The notes under the pieces are model-generated. The model was given only the letters and a program-made list of their open reading frames with translations, was not told where the DNA came from and searched no databases. Shown piece after piece: positions 27,136 to 40,690 of a stretch of DNA of 64,000 bases. Positions within the stretch are counted from its first letter, which is position 1; every line of letters begins with the position of its first letter. The translations under genes and the position numbers were made by a program. Source of the DNA: Octopus vulgaris (Eukaryota); the NCBI GenBank assembly GCA_951406725.2, contig OX597819.1, positions 52,204,001 through 52,268,000 of the forward strand. Reading direction: 5' to 3'.

Positions 27136-29289
27136 TTAATTGTTTGTTGTAGACCCGTTAAGAAGTGGCCTGTATTTTGTAATAAAGAGATTTTCTTTAC
27201 TTATTCGTTGTCTCGAGGTTGTATCGTCCCTAAATTGGTAGAGGGGGAAAATCCTGAAGTTTGGTGTTTTTTTGTTGGCGCAAGTATCTATGTGTTGGCT
27301 AAAAGCTATTTTTCTGTTTTGGGGAATTTTTATCTGGGATCTGTGCAGGGCCATTCGTTTACGCAAACCATTTTTTGTTTGGCCTATGTACTGCTCTTGA
27401 CACCCGGAGCAGGTTAGTGAGTATATTAGGTTCTCCGAAGCACATGTGAAGTCGCTTTTCACTGTAAACCGTTGTCCCTGTTTGAAGGAGAACTCTGATC
27501 CCTCAATTAGATAGTCGCATATCCCGCAATTGGGTCTTCCACATTTTTTTACTGTCGGCTTCTGTGTTGAAGAGTGAATTCGGGCTTGTGTTAGGAGACT
27601 TTTCATGGATCTAGGCTGTCTTTTGCTTTTTATGATCGTGTGTGTTTGGAGGATTGTGTTCATTCTGTGGTCTTTTTTTAGGAGGGGTATGTTGTGGAGG
27701 ATGGTGCCGAAGGCTTCGTTATTGAGAGGGTTGTGTGTGGAGATGTATGGTAAGGCTTTTGGTTGTAAGCTTTTCTTTGATTTGGGATGTCTCAGTTCCT
27801 TGATGTTAAGTTGAAGGGCACGTTGAATGCACTTGTCAATAAGTGAAGGTGGATAGTTCCTGGTGATAAGGGTATCTTTTAGTTCTTGTAGTCGTGTGTC
27901 TCTGGTGTTTGCGTTAGAGACTATAGTGCATATCCTTTTTGCTAGATTGAAGGGGATATTCATCCTGGTGTGTCTGGGGTGGCATGAATTGAATGGAAGA
28001 TATTGCTTAGAGTCTGTAGGCTTATAGTATATGTCTGTTTCTATTATATTATTAGCTTTCTTAATGAGGATATCGAGGAAGGGGAGTTGTTGCTGGCTAT
28101 ATTCCATCGTGAATTGGATGTTTACGTCCAGTCCGTTTAAAATTTCCTGGAATTCTATGAGTTTTTCTATATTTTTATGCCAAAGAATGAAACAGTCATC
28201 TAGATATCTCTTCCAGTTGTTTTCTATGTAGATGGAGAAAGGGCTGCCATATCTTTCTAGAACCTTACGATACAGACTGATCTCTAGGTATCCTATGACT
28301 AGGTTGGCAAAGGAGGGGGCCATTCGTGTACCCATCGCAGTCCCCGATTTTTGTCGGTAGAAGTTGTCATTGAAGGCGAAGAAGTTATTTTCCAGGATGA
28401 ATTTAACCCCTTCTATCACAAATTCTTTTTTGATGCGGTGTGGTAGTTCGTTGGCGTGATTCTCTAGCCAGAATTGGATTGCCTCTAGTCCTAGGTTGTG
28501 GGGGATATTGGAGTAGAGGTTGACTACATCGAAGGATACCAGTATGGTGTTTTTGTTTATAGTATTCGGTAGGTGATTGAGCATATCTAAGTCGTCCCTT
28601 ATATAGCTTTTGACATGTTTGAGGAGTGGTTTTAACAGGGTGTCTAAAAAGTTACTGAGGCGGTGGGTTTCGCATGCGGGACCTGCTATTATGGGTCTCA
28701 ATTTGAGGTCATTAGGATTAGGGACTTTAATTATTTTGTCTGTAGCTATCTTGCATGCGTTGCTTATTTTTTCACTTTTGTGGATCTTAGGTATACCGTA
28801 GAATTGGCTAGTTTTACTTGTAAAATTGGTCATATAATCATATTCTTTGTCGGTGAGCCCTGCTTTGTAAGGGTTTAATATGGATTTTAGTTCCCTCATT
28901 ATTTTTTGTTGACTGTAGTTTTGTGCCTTTTCATAGTATGTTGTGTCTTCCAGCATAGAAAGTACCAAAGTTATGTAAAATGTCGTATCCATTAAGACAA
29001 CAGCACTCCCTTTATCGGCCTCTTTGATTGTTATTGTTTTATCTTGTTTTAATTTGTTCAACTCAGCCCATTCTTTTTTGCTGAAGTTTGGTTTGTGTTT
29101 TTGTTTGTGCATATGTTGATATGGGTAATTAGATATGTGGTCACAGAAATCATCAAGTGTTTTGTTCTTACCTTTCGAGGGGGTGTAGTTACTCCTATTT
29201 CTGGCTAACGATTCGTCCTCGTTGTATTTATCGTATAGCTCCTCAGTAAGTCTTAATTTTCTGCAGAATTCTGCGATGTCTTCTTTCAT
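27136..29289 (-). CDS. PLE reverse transcriptase / GIY-YIG endonuclease polyprotein (717 aa from first Met; frame open to 29490)
   Basis: Motifs ADKGSAVV, FYGIPKIHK, LRPII, SFDVVNLYSNIP, GTAMGTRMAPSFANL, WKRYLDDCF, LPFLDI, YYKPTD and SCHP; Cys linker CGRPNCGIC; IYSLTCSGCQEQYIGQT...R...H...E...N endonuclease. Confidence 0.95.
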   Translation of the reverse strand: MKEDIAEFCRKLRLTEELYDKYNEDESLARNRSNYTPSKGKNKTLDDFCDHISNYPYQHMHKQKHKPNFSKKEWAELNKLKQDKTITIKEADKGSAVVLMDTTFYITLVLSMLEDTTYYEKAQNYSQQKIMRELKSILNPYKAGLTDKEYDYMTNFTSKTSQFYGIPKIHKSEKISNACKIATDKIIKVPNPNDLKLRPIIAGPACETHRLSNFLDTLLKPLLKHVKSYIRDDLDMLNHLPNTINKNTILVSFDVVNLYSNIPHNLGLEAIQFWLENHANELPHRIKKEFVIEGVKFILENNFFAFNDNFYRQKSGTAMGTRMAPSFANLVIGYLEISLYRKVLERYGSPFSIYIENNWKRYLDDCFILWHKNIEKLIEFQEILNGLDVNIQFTMEYSQQQLPFLDILIKKANNIIETDIYYKPTDSKQYLPFNSCHPRHTRMNIPFNLAKRICTIVSNANTRDTRLQELKDTLITRNYPPSLIDKCIQRALQLNIKELRHPKSKKSLQPKALPYISTHNPLNNEAFGTILHNIPLLKKDHRMNTILQTHTIIKSKRQPRSMKSLLTQARIHSSTQKPTVKKCGRPNCGICDYLIEGSEFSFKQGQRFTVKSDFTCASENLIYSLTCSGCQEQYIGQTKNGLRKRMALHRSQIKIPQNRKIAFSQHIDTCANKKTPNFRIFPLYQFRDDTTSRQRISKENLFITKYRPLLNGSTTNN

Positions 29290-29426
29290 TTCGTTGTAGT
29301 TGGGGTGTTGTGGGGTGGGTGTAAACTTGAGTCCTTTGGAAAGTATGTTTATTTGGTTTGCTGTTAGTTCCTTGTGAGTTAGATTGATAATTTTTATTAC
29401 TTTTGGTTCCTCCTGCTTGTTTGGTG

Positions 29427-29654
29427 CTATCTTGTGTCTCTGTGTTTGCGTATTGGGTCTAAAAAATGAATGCGGTGGTTGGGACGGTAGCTATTATATA
29501 GTTGTTCTTTGTTGATGTGGGGTCTCCTGTTGTGATTTATGGTGTGTGTTCTTGGAGCAGTATTGAGGAGAGCATCCCGATATCCCATATTCGGGTGTGG
29601 TGTTCTAGGAGAAGAAAGCCGACAGAAATTTCTAAAAAATCCCGTTATTACCAT
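29427..29654 (-). CDS. 75-aa upstream ORF overlapping the RT frame (possible true N-terminus)
   Basis: Overlaps the open RT frame (which is -1 relative to it) over 29427-29490, with caT TTT TTA gac in the overlap. Confidence 0.4.
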   Translation of the reverse strand: MVITGFFRNFCRLSSPRTPHPNMGYRDALLNTAPRTHTINHNRRPHINKEQLYNSYRPNHRIHFLDPIRKHRDTR

Positions 29655-29751
29655 ATCGGACCCGATTTTAGAGTTAGTTCATAAGAACCTTCCCGTCCTC
29701 AGCGATAAATGCGGCAAAGAAATAAGTGAAATACTTACTTATACCCATGTT

Positions 29752-29824
<73 letters not shown>

Positions 29825-30534
29825 AATATTTTTAAATATTTATTCCTATGTCATGTGTTCCAGCCAATTTTACAGCACATGCACAGAAGTCGTTTGTCAT
29901 TTCCGGTCATTTGTAGTTCTGCTGGGCCTGCAATCATTGTATGATTTCAAGTACACCTTTCTGGAAATCTTGCCAGACAAATTCATTTCCCGAATTAGAT
30001 ATCAGAAATTTACGATTCTATTTCTTTCTAACTCTTTCCTTCGTTAAATTTTTCTTTTTCAATCACTACCTCTGCAAACTCCATTTTAATATATACACTT
30101 ATTGAAACACTATCCATGATTATCAAGCTTGCGTTTCAATATTTGTCGCCTTTTGAAATTACATTTTCTTTGGTATTTTTAAATGCATGATCTTAGAACA
30201 ATGTTTGGTTATATGATGAACAATTAGCCCTCCAGTTAAATATTCTTTCTGCATTCTCCAAATTTCTCACTTCGAATTTCTATTTCTGTTTCTATTTCCT
30301 AAACAGCACAAAGTTCGATTATTATAATTCCCTTTCCGCAATGACGTCCAACAAGCTAGAAATAACAGCTACGCTCCTATTAAATCGAAATCTAATGCAG
30401 CTCTTTCTGCATTATTAACACAGTCATTTCACACAACATGTAGGTAATTTATCATAATATTACTCGTAATCAACAGGAAATTTAAAATTCATATATAATC
30501 AAAAGCAAGTCAAAAGTGTCTTGTAATAACTGTT

Positions 30535-30745
30535 TCTACTTTAGGCACACAGCCAACAATTTTGAGAGGAGGGCAAGCTAGTCGATTACATCGAATCTGA
30601 CATTTGACTCGTACTTTATTTTATCGACCCCAGAAAAGATGAAAAGGTAAATTTTACCACGGCACGATTTGAACTCAGAATTTAAAAGCTTGAAGAAATG
30701 ACAAATGTTGCTCAGCATTGTGTTCGACGCGCTAGCAATCTCGCG
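30535..30745 (-). mobile_element. SINE family B interrupted by a MITE
   Basis: Reverse-complement core; the head remnant ctcaccgcc resumes at ~31654. Confidence 0.65.
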
Positions 30746-31643
30746 GGCATAACTACAGACTTCTGCCCCCACCCAGGTTTTGGATGATCATAACTTTTTT
30801 AAAAATGGATTTTTTAATGACATTTTCTACGACTATACAAATGTTTTGGGAAAAGTGTTTTAGGAGGGGGTGGAGTGGGGAATTTCGGAAAATTTGCCGG
30901 AGTCCACTTCAATTCGTCTAAACTTTCAAGAGAATGGATATTTTTTAATGAAATCCTCTACAAATATACCTCGGACTAAGTAGATTCCGAGGACATAGGA
31001 ATTTGGCGGGGGAAACAATTGGGGGTTATATTTTAGAACTATTTCCCATACGACATTTTTTCACTTTAAGTAAATTCCCAGAAGCAAGAATAAGGAATAT
31101 ATACACGCACAGTTAAATATAGAAGTGTAAAGTATAATTTGTTACATAATCTCTATAATAAACATGATATTGAATGAAATAATTTACCGTTTGACCTTTT
31201 TTAATCACATGTGTGTGTGTGTGTGTGTGTGTAGAAGTCTATGGATGCACAAACGCACAAAACGGAGAAAATGAAACAAATATGGTCGATTTGTTCCGAC
31301 ACCCCACCGAGTGGGGAACGGTTCTCAAAAATAACTCCATTTGTTTTCTCCCCACATTTCTATGTCCTCGGAATCTACATAGTCCGGGGTATATTTGTAG
31401 AAAATTTCATTTAAAAATATTCATATTCTTGAAAGTTTAGACAAATTGAAGTGGACTCGGGGAAGTTTCCGAAATTCCCCACCCTCACCCCCTCCTAAAG
31501 CACTTTCCCCCAAAACTTTTTTATATTCGAAATCTACATGATATAACATATATTCATAGAAAATTTCATTAAAAAATATGCATTTTTCTGAAAGTTACGA
31601 TCATCCAAAATCGGGGCGGCGGGCAGAAATCGGTAGTTATGCC
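30746..31643. mobile_element. Non-autonomous DNA transposon with ~300-bp TIRs (Merlin- or MuDR-like MITE)
   Basis: ggcataactac...(30746-31048) versus (31311-31643)...gtagttatgcc; flanks atctcgcg and atcccgct may be a decayed 8-bp TSD; no ORF. Confidence 0.8.
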
Positions 31644-31679
31644 ATCCCGCTATCTCACCGCCATTTTGTGCCCATACAA

Positions 31680-32170
31680 TGATTTCTAATTTAGTCACAA
31701 GCTCAACAAATTTGAGGGGAAGGGGAGTTAGTTGATTGCACCAAGCCTAATACTTGACTGACACTTTATTTTATTGACCTCACAAAGTTTGAATATTTAT
31801 TCCTACGTCATGTAATCCAACCATTTTTACAGCTCATGCACAGAAGTCGTTTGTCATTTCCGGCGGGATCTGAACTCAGACAGTAAAAAACCGGAAGATA
31901 TGGTGCTTTAAACAATCTGTCCGACACGCAAGCGATTCTGCCAGCTAACCACCATGGTTTCTAATTGAGGCACAATGCCAACAATTTTGATAGAAGGGGT
32001 AGCTAATCGATTACATTGAACCCAGTACTTGACTGGTACTTTATATTATCGACCTCGAAAATGATATGACAAAGTTAGCCCCAACGGGATTTGAGCGCAG
32101 AACGTAAAGAGCTGAAACAAAAACTGATAGACATATTTTTTTCACGCTGCTTTAACGATTCTGCCAGTGA
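31680..32170 (-). mobile_element. Two degenerate family B SINEs
   Basis: cccagtacttgactggtactttat...tcgacc and gattctgccag head ends at ~31945 and ~32167. Confidence 0.7.
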
Positions 32171-33713
32171 AAGATCTAAAGTATTTCGTAATAATATTTT
32201 CGGTTTGTATTATAGCAGGCTACATTCAGGAATCGCCTATTTTCACGTGCGATTCAACCGGAAAAGAAAAAATTTGATGTGGGAAATTAAAAAATGGACA
32301 CGGAAACAAAAATAGCGAAACGTACCAAGAATCCGGAAGTTTTGTACCATGTGCTCTCACCCTCCAGCTGTATACCAAGTTTATATTATATATATCAATA
32401 TATAATAAATGAATTTTATCGCTTCACTTGAAGATATTCAGCACGTACGATTTTCATTATGTCTCTATGTATTTGAAGATTTTCAAGGCGGTTTGTTTCT
32501 ATGCTCAAGAAATCACTATTATTATGGCTGCCCCCTCGTTATCGAGTATAGCCATTGCACGAAGCTTAACTGTTACTGGTGCTGTGATCGAATGTGACTT
32601 TTTTAGCCCAGCTAAAGATCTACAATGTCTTGTACAAAATTTACGAAATTTCAAAATTAACTTCGATTTTTGATCGGAACAAAAGAATAAAATAAAATAA
32701 AATCATTATCTGAATAACTTTTGAATGAAAACGTAACAAGACATATTTAAAGAAAAACCATCTGAAATACATAGAAGGAAAAACAGGAAATATATACACA
32801 AATGTATACAGCACACGGTATCACTTTAACTTGAAAAGAAGTTCAAAATCCTCCACTGCCTTGGAATACCCATCTCAAGAAATCATACATAAATACATAC
32901 ATGCATAATATATAATTGTGTGTGCGCACGCGTGTGTTAGTATAAATATATACATGCATACAAAAAATACATATATATATTCATATGTACACATATATAT
33001 GGGCGTGTGTGTGTATGTGTGTGTGTAATTATAGACATGCATACCTATACAAACATATATATTCATATGTACACATATATGTGGGCGAGAGTCTTCTTCT
33101 TCTTCTTCTTCTTCTTCTTCTTCTTCTTCTTCTTCTTCTTCTTCTTCTTCTTCTTCTTCCAATCAGGACTCACGCCATTAGCCACAAAGAATAATCTCTA
33201 ATTCGAGCCTACTCTAAGCTACTAAGAATGCGTGTGGCAACTTGAAGATCCACCCACCACACGCGATAGACTAGCGGTTGCACAGGCGCAAAAGCGACGT
33301 TGTTATCCGCATTCTGTAAACAGTGGCTTTTAACGGGTGGAGAGCTGAACCATCATGGGGTACATGCGATGATAGTGGTGACGTTCGTATTTTAACTGGT
33401 TTGAACACTGGAAACAGAAAGAGATACATACATACATACATACATACATACACACATACACACACATTCATAGATAGATAGACAGATACATACATACATA
33501 CATACATACATACATACATACATACATACATACATACATACATACATTGTGGTCGCGGTCGTCTTGGATGTTATCGTGTCATTTTTATATGGTTTTTTTA
33601 AAATTCCAGTTGAATCGCCCTTTAAAATAGGAAATGCTCTTCAATTACATACTCAAAGAACACTTTCAACTGAAATCATGTATATATCTGCCGATAAACA
33701 TTTCCTTTTATAA

Positions 33714-33766
<53 letters not shown>

Positions 33767-33775
33767 TTAGACGTA

Positions 33776-33841
<66 letters not shown>

Positions 33842-34590
33842 TCTTTTATTCGTTTCAGTCATGTGACATGCGGCTATGCTAGGGCACCACCTTGAAGAAT
33901 TTTTAGTCTTCAAGTACTGAATCGCCGCCCCAGGACTTTTTTAAACCTAGTACTTATTCTATCGGTCTCTTTGGCCGAATCGTTATGTTACGGGAAAGGT
34001 AAACAAACCAACACTGGTTATCAAGTGGTTGTGGAGGACAAACACACACACACATACACACACATACATACACACACACATATATATATGTGAGGCGAAA
34101 TGGCTCGGTGGTTAGGGCAGCGAACTCGCGGTTGTAGGATCGCAGTTTCGATTCCCAGACCGGGCGTTGTGAGTGTTTATTGAGCGAAAACACCTAAAGC
34201 TCCACGAGGCTCCTGCAGGGGGTGGTTGCGATCCCTGCTGTACTCTTTCGCCACAGCTTTCTCTCACCCTTTCTTCTGTTGGCCTGCTCGCTTAGCCAGC
34301 GGGGTGGCGTCATTTGAAGGCTAAAACAATGCGAAGCGCATTGTGACCAGCGATGTGTAGCAACATCTGATAACCTGGTCGGTCACGGTGATCACGGTGA
34401 TATATATATACATGTATATATACGAAGGGCTTCTTTCAGTTTCCGTCTACCAAGTCCATTCACAAGGATTTGGTCGGCCCGAGGTTATAGCAGAAGACAC
34501 TTGCCCAAGGTGCCATTCAGTAGGACTGAACCCAGAACCATGTAGTTGGAAAGCAAGCTTCTTACCACACAACCACTCCTGCGCCTATGC
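33842..34590 (-). mobile_element. SINE family A containing a nested family C SINE (34092-34400, plus)
   Basis: Family A tail 33842-34045 and head 34420-34590 flank a full family C copy within the microsatellite spacer. Confidence 0.85.
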
Positions 34591-35029
34591 TGACATTTTT
34601 ATGTAGCTAACAATAGTAGTTATATTTCTCTTTTTCTAAATTTAGCGATTGTTTCATTCACCACACCCAACATTCGAGGAGAAGAACCACCTTCTATTAC
34701 AATAAGTCCTATATGCACATAATACCGTGTATCTGATACAATACATATGTTTCAATATGCGTTAAATATGACAACATTGCTTGGATATGCAGTGTTTGGC
34801 AACTCGGTACGTACCTCGCAAAAAGTCGACAGGCCAGTTCATGTTCGTTCTTGCACATATGCTAAGCACATATACTTGTGTAGACAACGACTATACTGGA
34901 GTTAAAATTAGATTTGTAATATTTTATTAACCTGCATTGTTATATTTACATGTGTACAGCCATTAAATTAATGGTACAACGTTCAACAAACATAACTGTT
35001 AGGAATCGTCAGTATATAACTTACTGAAC

Positions 35030-35620
35030 AATACGACGAAAGGAGAAACACCGGCACCCCAAGCTAACGAAGGTCTTGACCCACGTAAGGTGCTGTTATT
35101 TCTTTGGTGAGATATGAAAGGTTTAGTCTACTTTGAACTTTTAAACCGAAACCAAATGATAACAAAGGAGATCTGTGAGCAGCTTGAGTGGCTTAAATTA
35201 GCACTAGAAAAAACCCCACCATCTTTGGTTTCAAGATGACGGGTGTTCTTCGATCCGGATAATACTGGGCCACAAACAACGAGGCTGACTGGAGTAGTTT
35301 GAATGGGAAACGTTGACCCACCTACCATATTCACCAGACTGATTATCACCTGATTATCATTTATTCCGCAATCTTCAAAATCATTTGGATCGAAAAAATA
35401 TGAATTCTGTAGACGAGGTCAGAACAATACTGGAGGAGTATTTTTCATCACGGACAACTGAATTTTGGAAGAGGGGTCTTGTACGTCTACCAGATAGATT
35501 GAAGAGCATGGTAGAAAATGAAGGAGATTAGATTTTAGGTTAAAAAAGAACTTTGTTTATCTTAATATTGAAAAATAAAAGAAGCATAAAAAACCGCATT
35601 ATTTATGGGATGACCCGATA
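35030..35620 (+). mobile_element. Mariner transposase pseudogene (catalytic domain) plus right TIR
   Basis: EGLDPRKVLL..DMKGLVYFELL, DN, PYSPD..DYHLFRNLQNHL, FWKRGLVRLPDRLKSMVENEGD; ends aaaaaccgcattatttatgggatgacccgata-TA, Hsmar1-like TIR. Confidence 0.88.
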
Positions 35621-35806
35621 TATGTATGAATAAAGATTGTCATTTCAGTTAACTTTACATGATGAGTCGCCGGTCCTAGATGAAGAGGCTGGAGTTTAAG
35701 TTCTAATCCATTGAACACAATTCTGTATTATCTACACTAAACTTAATTTGCATTCACATACTCACTACACACACACACACACACACACACATAAACACTC
35801 AAATGT

Positions 35807-35923
<117 letters not shown>

Positions 35924-36066
35924 CTTGATCACCTTGACCGATCAGTCCGTCAGGCGTCCATTTGACACCGCTGGTCACAGCACACTGTCTACTCCTCTCT
36001 GGATCGCATATATATATTTACATATACATATTTATGCACATATATTCATGTATATACATATATATG

Positions 36067-36123
<57 letters not shown>

Positions 36124-36150
36124 ACGCACATATATGCGGCATGTTATTTG

Positions 36151-36240
<90 letters not shown>

Positions 36241-36743
36241 CATTCAAGGATTTTTTTTTCTTTTTAAAGCAATCAGAACAGTCCCCCTTTTACAATGCTG
36301 ACACAAGAATCGAGAGAGAGAAATTGAGATAAAAAAAATCCACAGAAAAGAAGTCAGATTACAAACCAAACAAAAAATAGAAAACGGCAAAAAAATAGAT
36401 AAACTAAATAAATAAGGAGATGTGCCACACTGGCCATTATTTTATGAGGGATCAGGAAACAAGTAAAGATGAGAAACAATCCTATCACTTATACGAAGAT
36501 CTTGTTTAGAATCTGAGACTGAAGGTCTCCAGGATGGCATCGTAAGACAGGTTTCTTCTTACGGAGATTTGCGTCAAGAATATCCTGAAGAAAATATGAG
36601 TCGTAGACAGCGAGGAGACGGCAAACAGAGGGGAGGGGGAAATCGATCTTGTGGTCCTAGGTTACCCAGTATTCGCGAAAGGAAGAGAAAAATGATGATG
36701 ATGATGATGATGAGTAGGAGTAGGAGAAGGAGGAGGAGGAGCG

Positions 36744-36774
<31 letters not shown>

Positions 36775-37764
36775 AACAACAAAACAACAACGATGACGAT
36801 GTTGATCGCGATGATGACAATAATAATGAGAACAACAACAGCAGCAACAATAACAACAACAACAACAACGACATCGATGACGACAACGACGACGACGATG
36901 ATGATGGTGATGATCATGATGATCATGATGATGATGGTAATGATGACGACTACGATGATGATGATGATGATGATGACGACGACGATGATGATAACGATGA
37001 TGATGATGAGGAGGAGGAGGAGGACGACGACGACGATAGCAGCTGCTACAACAACAGCAGCAACAAAAAGCATATGCAAGTCTATAAAGGAATGCAAGAT
37101 GATTAGTTACTCTATAGACTAGAAAATTCTGTTGAAACTGCAAAAATAGTGGCGAAAATCAAAAACAGACACAACAACAATAGCAACAACAATAGCATAA
37201 ATGACTGAAAAAGAACAATAAAAACATTCAACTAGAACGGCTAGACAAACCGACCAGACATCGTTATTAAAGAAACAGAGACAAAAGTGCACAATTACAG
37301 GCATCTCACGTACCATTACGTTCAAATATATTATTGAAAGATACTTTAAAAGTGGCTCTAAATAAACGTTGAATGTTTGGTCTAAACATACAAACAATAG
37401 CAATGATAGCCGGTGAACAGGTGCAGGTTCAAACAGACCGACACAAATAGAGAAACTTACAGAATACCATGGTTAACACTCCATTACAATAATATATACA
37501 AAACGAAATATATAATGTATACATGCATACAAAAGATGACACCGTTTGATCTTGCATACACATAGGTGCAAGCATAGCTGTGTGGTTAAGAAACACGCTT
37601 CGAAAACTACGTGGTTTCGAGTCTTGGGTTTAGTATAGAGGTGCTCCACGTTGAATAAATGTCGTCTTACTACTATGTCTCGAGCCCGACCTACGCCTTG
37701 TGCGAGTGAATTTGTTTGACGGAAACCGTGTGAAAGAATGTCGACATTAGACTGCGTCCACCGC

Positions 37765-38582
<818 letters not shown>

Positions 38583-38599
38583 CACACATACACGTGTGC

Positions 38600-38640
<41 letters not shown>

Positions 38641-39059
38641 TTCAATACGGAGCAAATAATTCACGAGAATTTGCGGAGATATCATTGATTCTGTTATTAT
38701 CTAGTGTAACAATTTAAACATTATAACAACAGAATCAATAATATATATATGTATATATCCTGTACGTCATACTCGATTCAGTCACTCTATTGCGGTCATG
38801 TCTAGGCAACACCTTGCAAGGGATTTAGATGAACAAAACAGCCCCAGTACTTCATTTTAAAGCCTGTACTAATATGTGGATTCTCTTTTGCCAATCAGCA
38901 AAGTTGCGGGGACGTAAACAAACCAACAACGGCTGTCAAGCGGCCAGTGGGGGCAGTGGACAAACATGAACACAAAGATACACATATACATGTGTGTGTG
39001 TGTGTGTGTGTTTAAATGCGTATGCGTGTCTTTGTGATTGTATGTGTATATATGTATAC

Positions 39060-39090
<31 letters not shown>

Positions 39091-39144
39091 TTATGTATGT
39101 ACATATAGCATGCAAGTACTAAATCTGTCATAAATGTGTGTGTA

Positions 39145-39178
<34 letters not shown>

Positions 39179-40291
39179 ATATGTGTTTTTACTTGTCCCC
39201 ACGACCGCCTCACAACCGGTGTTGGTTAGTTTACGTCCCGTAACTTAGCAGTTCGGTAAAAAGAGGGCTGTAAAATAAGTATCATGCTCAAAAGAAAATG
39301 AAGTACAGGTATCGGTTCGTTCGATTAAATATCCTTCAAGACGATGCCCCAGCATGGCCGCAGTTCAATGACTAATAAAAGAAGGAAAAGAATAACTACC
39401 GCGAGATGTGCTTATCCGACGCTCTACCAAAGTCGTCACATATTTATGATATAATGCAGGTATTGTGAAGTGGTTATGAAGTTCGTCTCCCTACCATGTG
39501 ATATCGGGTTCAGTTTCAATGCTTGGTACATTGGTCTTCTGTTATAGCTTTAGTCCCAGACCCACCGATGTCTTGTGAGTTAATTTGTTAAGACAGAAAA
39601 TGTGTGGAAGCCCGTCATATATGCACACATATGTATGTATGTCATTATTCAGTTTTATTTCAAGATTTCTTGTCAATAGAGAAAAAGCCGGTTTCTAACC
39701 TGACGAAAACAAGACGGCGGAAGCTTAACATCGATCCAAAATACCTTTGAATGTCGTATCATATCCCTTCGGTAACATCATTTAAACATCTAGTGTCGAA
39801 GTCCATCCTTTGACCAAGTTAGCATACATGAGGCTGAGAACATCATAAGACTTAGACGGTAGATTCTTGAGCAACATTCTTTGTTTGATAACCAGGAATA
39901 CATGCCCGAAGTAGTCGCACGACTCTACCGCAACGTATCATCAGATGAAAGGATGAACCTATATGAGCAGAATGGATATGTTAAGTAGAAAGCTCCGTGA
40001 TGATAGTAACATTGATCATGAAAGCAGTCTATCATGGACCGATAGCCGGATTACTATGTATGTATGTATGTATGTATGTATGTATGTATGTATGTATGTA
40101 TGTATGTATGTATGTATGTATGTATGAATGTATGTATGTATGTATGCATGTATGTATGTATGTATAGATAGATATATACATACATACATAAACACACAGA
40201 TATAGCTATATATGTATGTACGTATGCTTGCATACATTTATGTATGTAGGTATGTATGATTGTATGTATGTATGATTGTATGTATGTATAA

Positions 40292-40690
40292 ACCGGTGTG
40301 GGTTTATTTACTTCACTTCACCGTAACTTAGTGGTTCGGCAGTAAGTACTGGGACGGAGGGGGTGGGTACGTACTTGTACTTGTACTTGCGGTGACATTC
40401 ACCCTGGGCGGGTTGAGCCGGCTTCTTCTACCATGGAAGAAGTTTCGTGGGAATATGTGGATTTCACAAGCGGTTCCCAACAATCCCGCAAGTAAACGAA
40501 GTTCCCGACGGCATAGCTCTGACACTACCCGTTGTCAGCGTCCCCACCACGGTGAGGAAGGGATGGACTTTGTGGTTGGGTGTTGGAATTATATGTCCGA
40601 CCAATCCTACAGGGCAATGCTTCATCATGGCCCTAGTCCTATGACTGAAACAAATCAAAGGCTAAAAAATGTAAGGAAACAAAAAGAAAA
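40292..40690 (+). mobile_element. SINE family A 3' part interrupted by a ~240-bp GC-richer insert (40368-40602, minus, (AAGTAC)n tail)
   Basis: ccgtaacttagtggttcggca before the insert and catggccctagtcctatgactgaaacaa after it; the minus-strand insert ends caagtacaagtacaagtac. Confidence 0.55.

Larger units (their letters stand above)
26401..29754 (-). mobile_element. Penelope-like retroelement (EN+), near full length, inserted in (TA)n
   Basis: RT plus GIY-YIG ORF, ~735-nt 3' region ending in an HHR motif, (TA)n directly at both ends. Confidence 0.92.

Noticed and set aside
27136-29490. Selenocysteine recoding as reported in Naiad PLEs
   Set aside because: No in-frame TGA within the reading frame, and the stop is TAA.
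38678-38744. 23-bp-arm inverted repeat near (TA)n
   Set aside because: Short, AT-rich and imperfect; cannot be distinguished from background foldbacks.
39750-40050. RTE RT C-terminal remnant (YFGHV-like, minus)
   Set aside because: Only one short motif in heavily broken frames.
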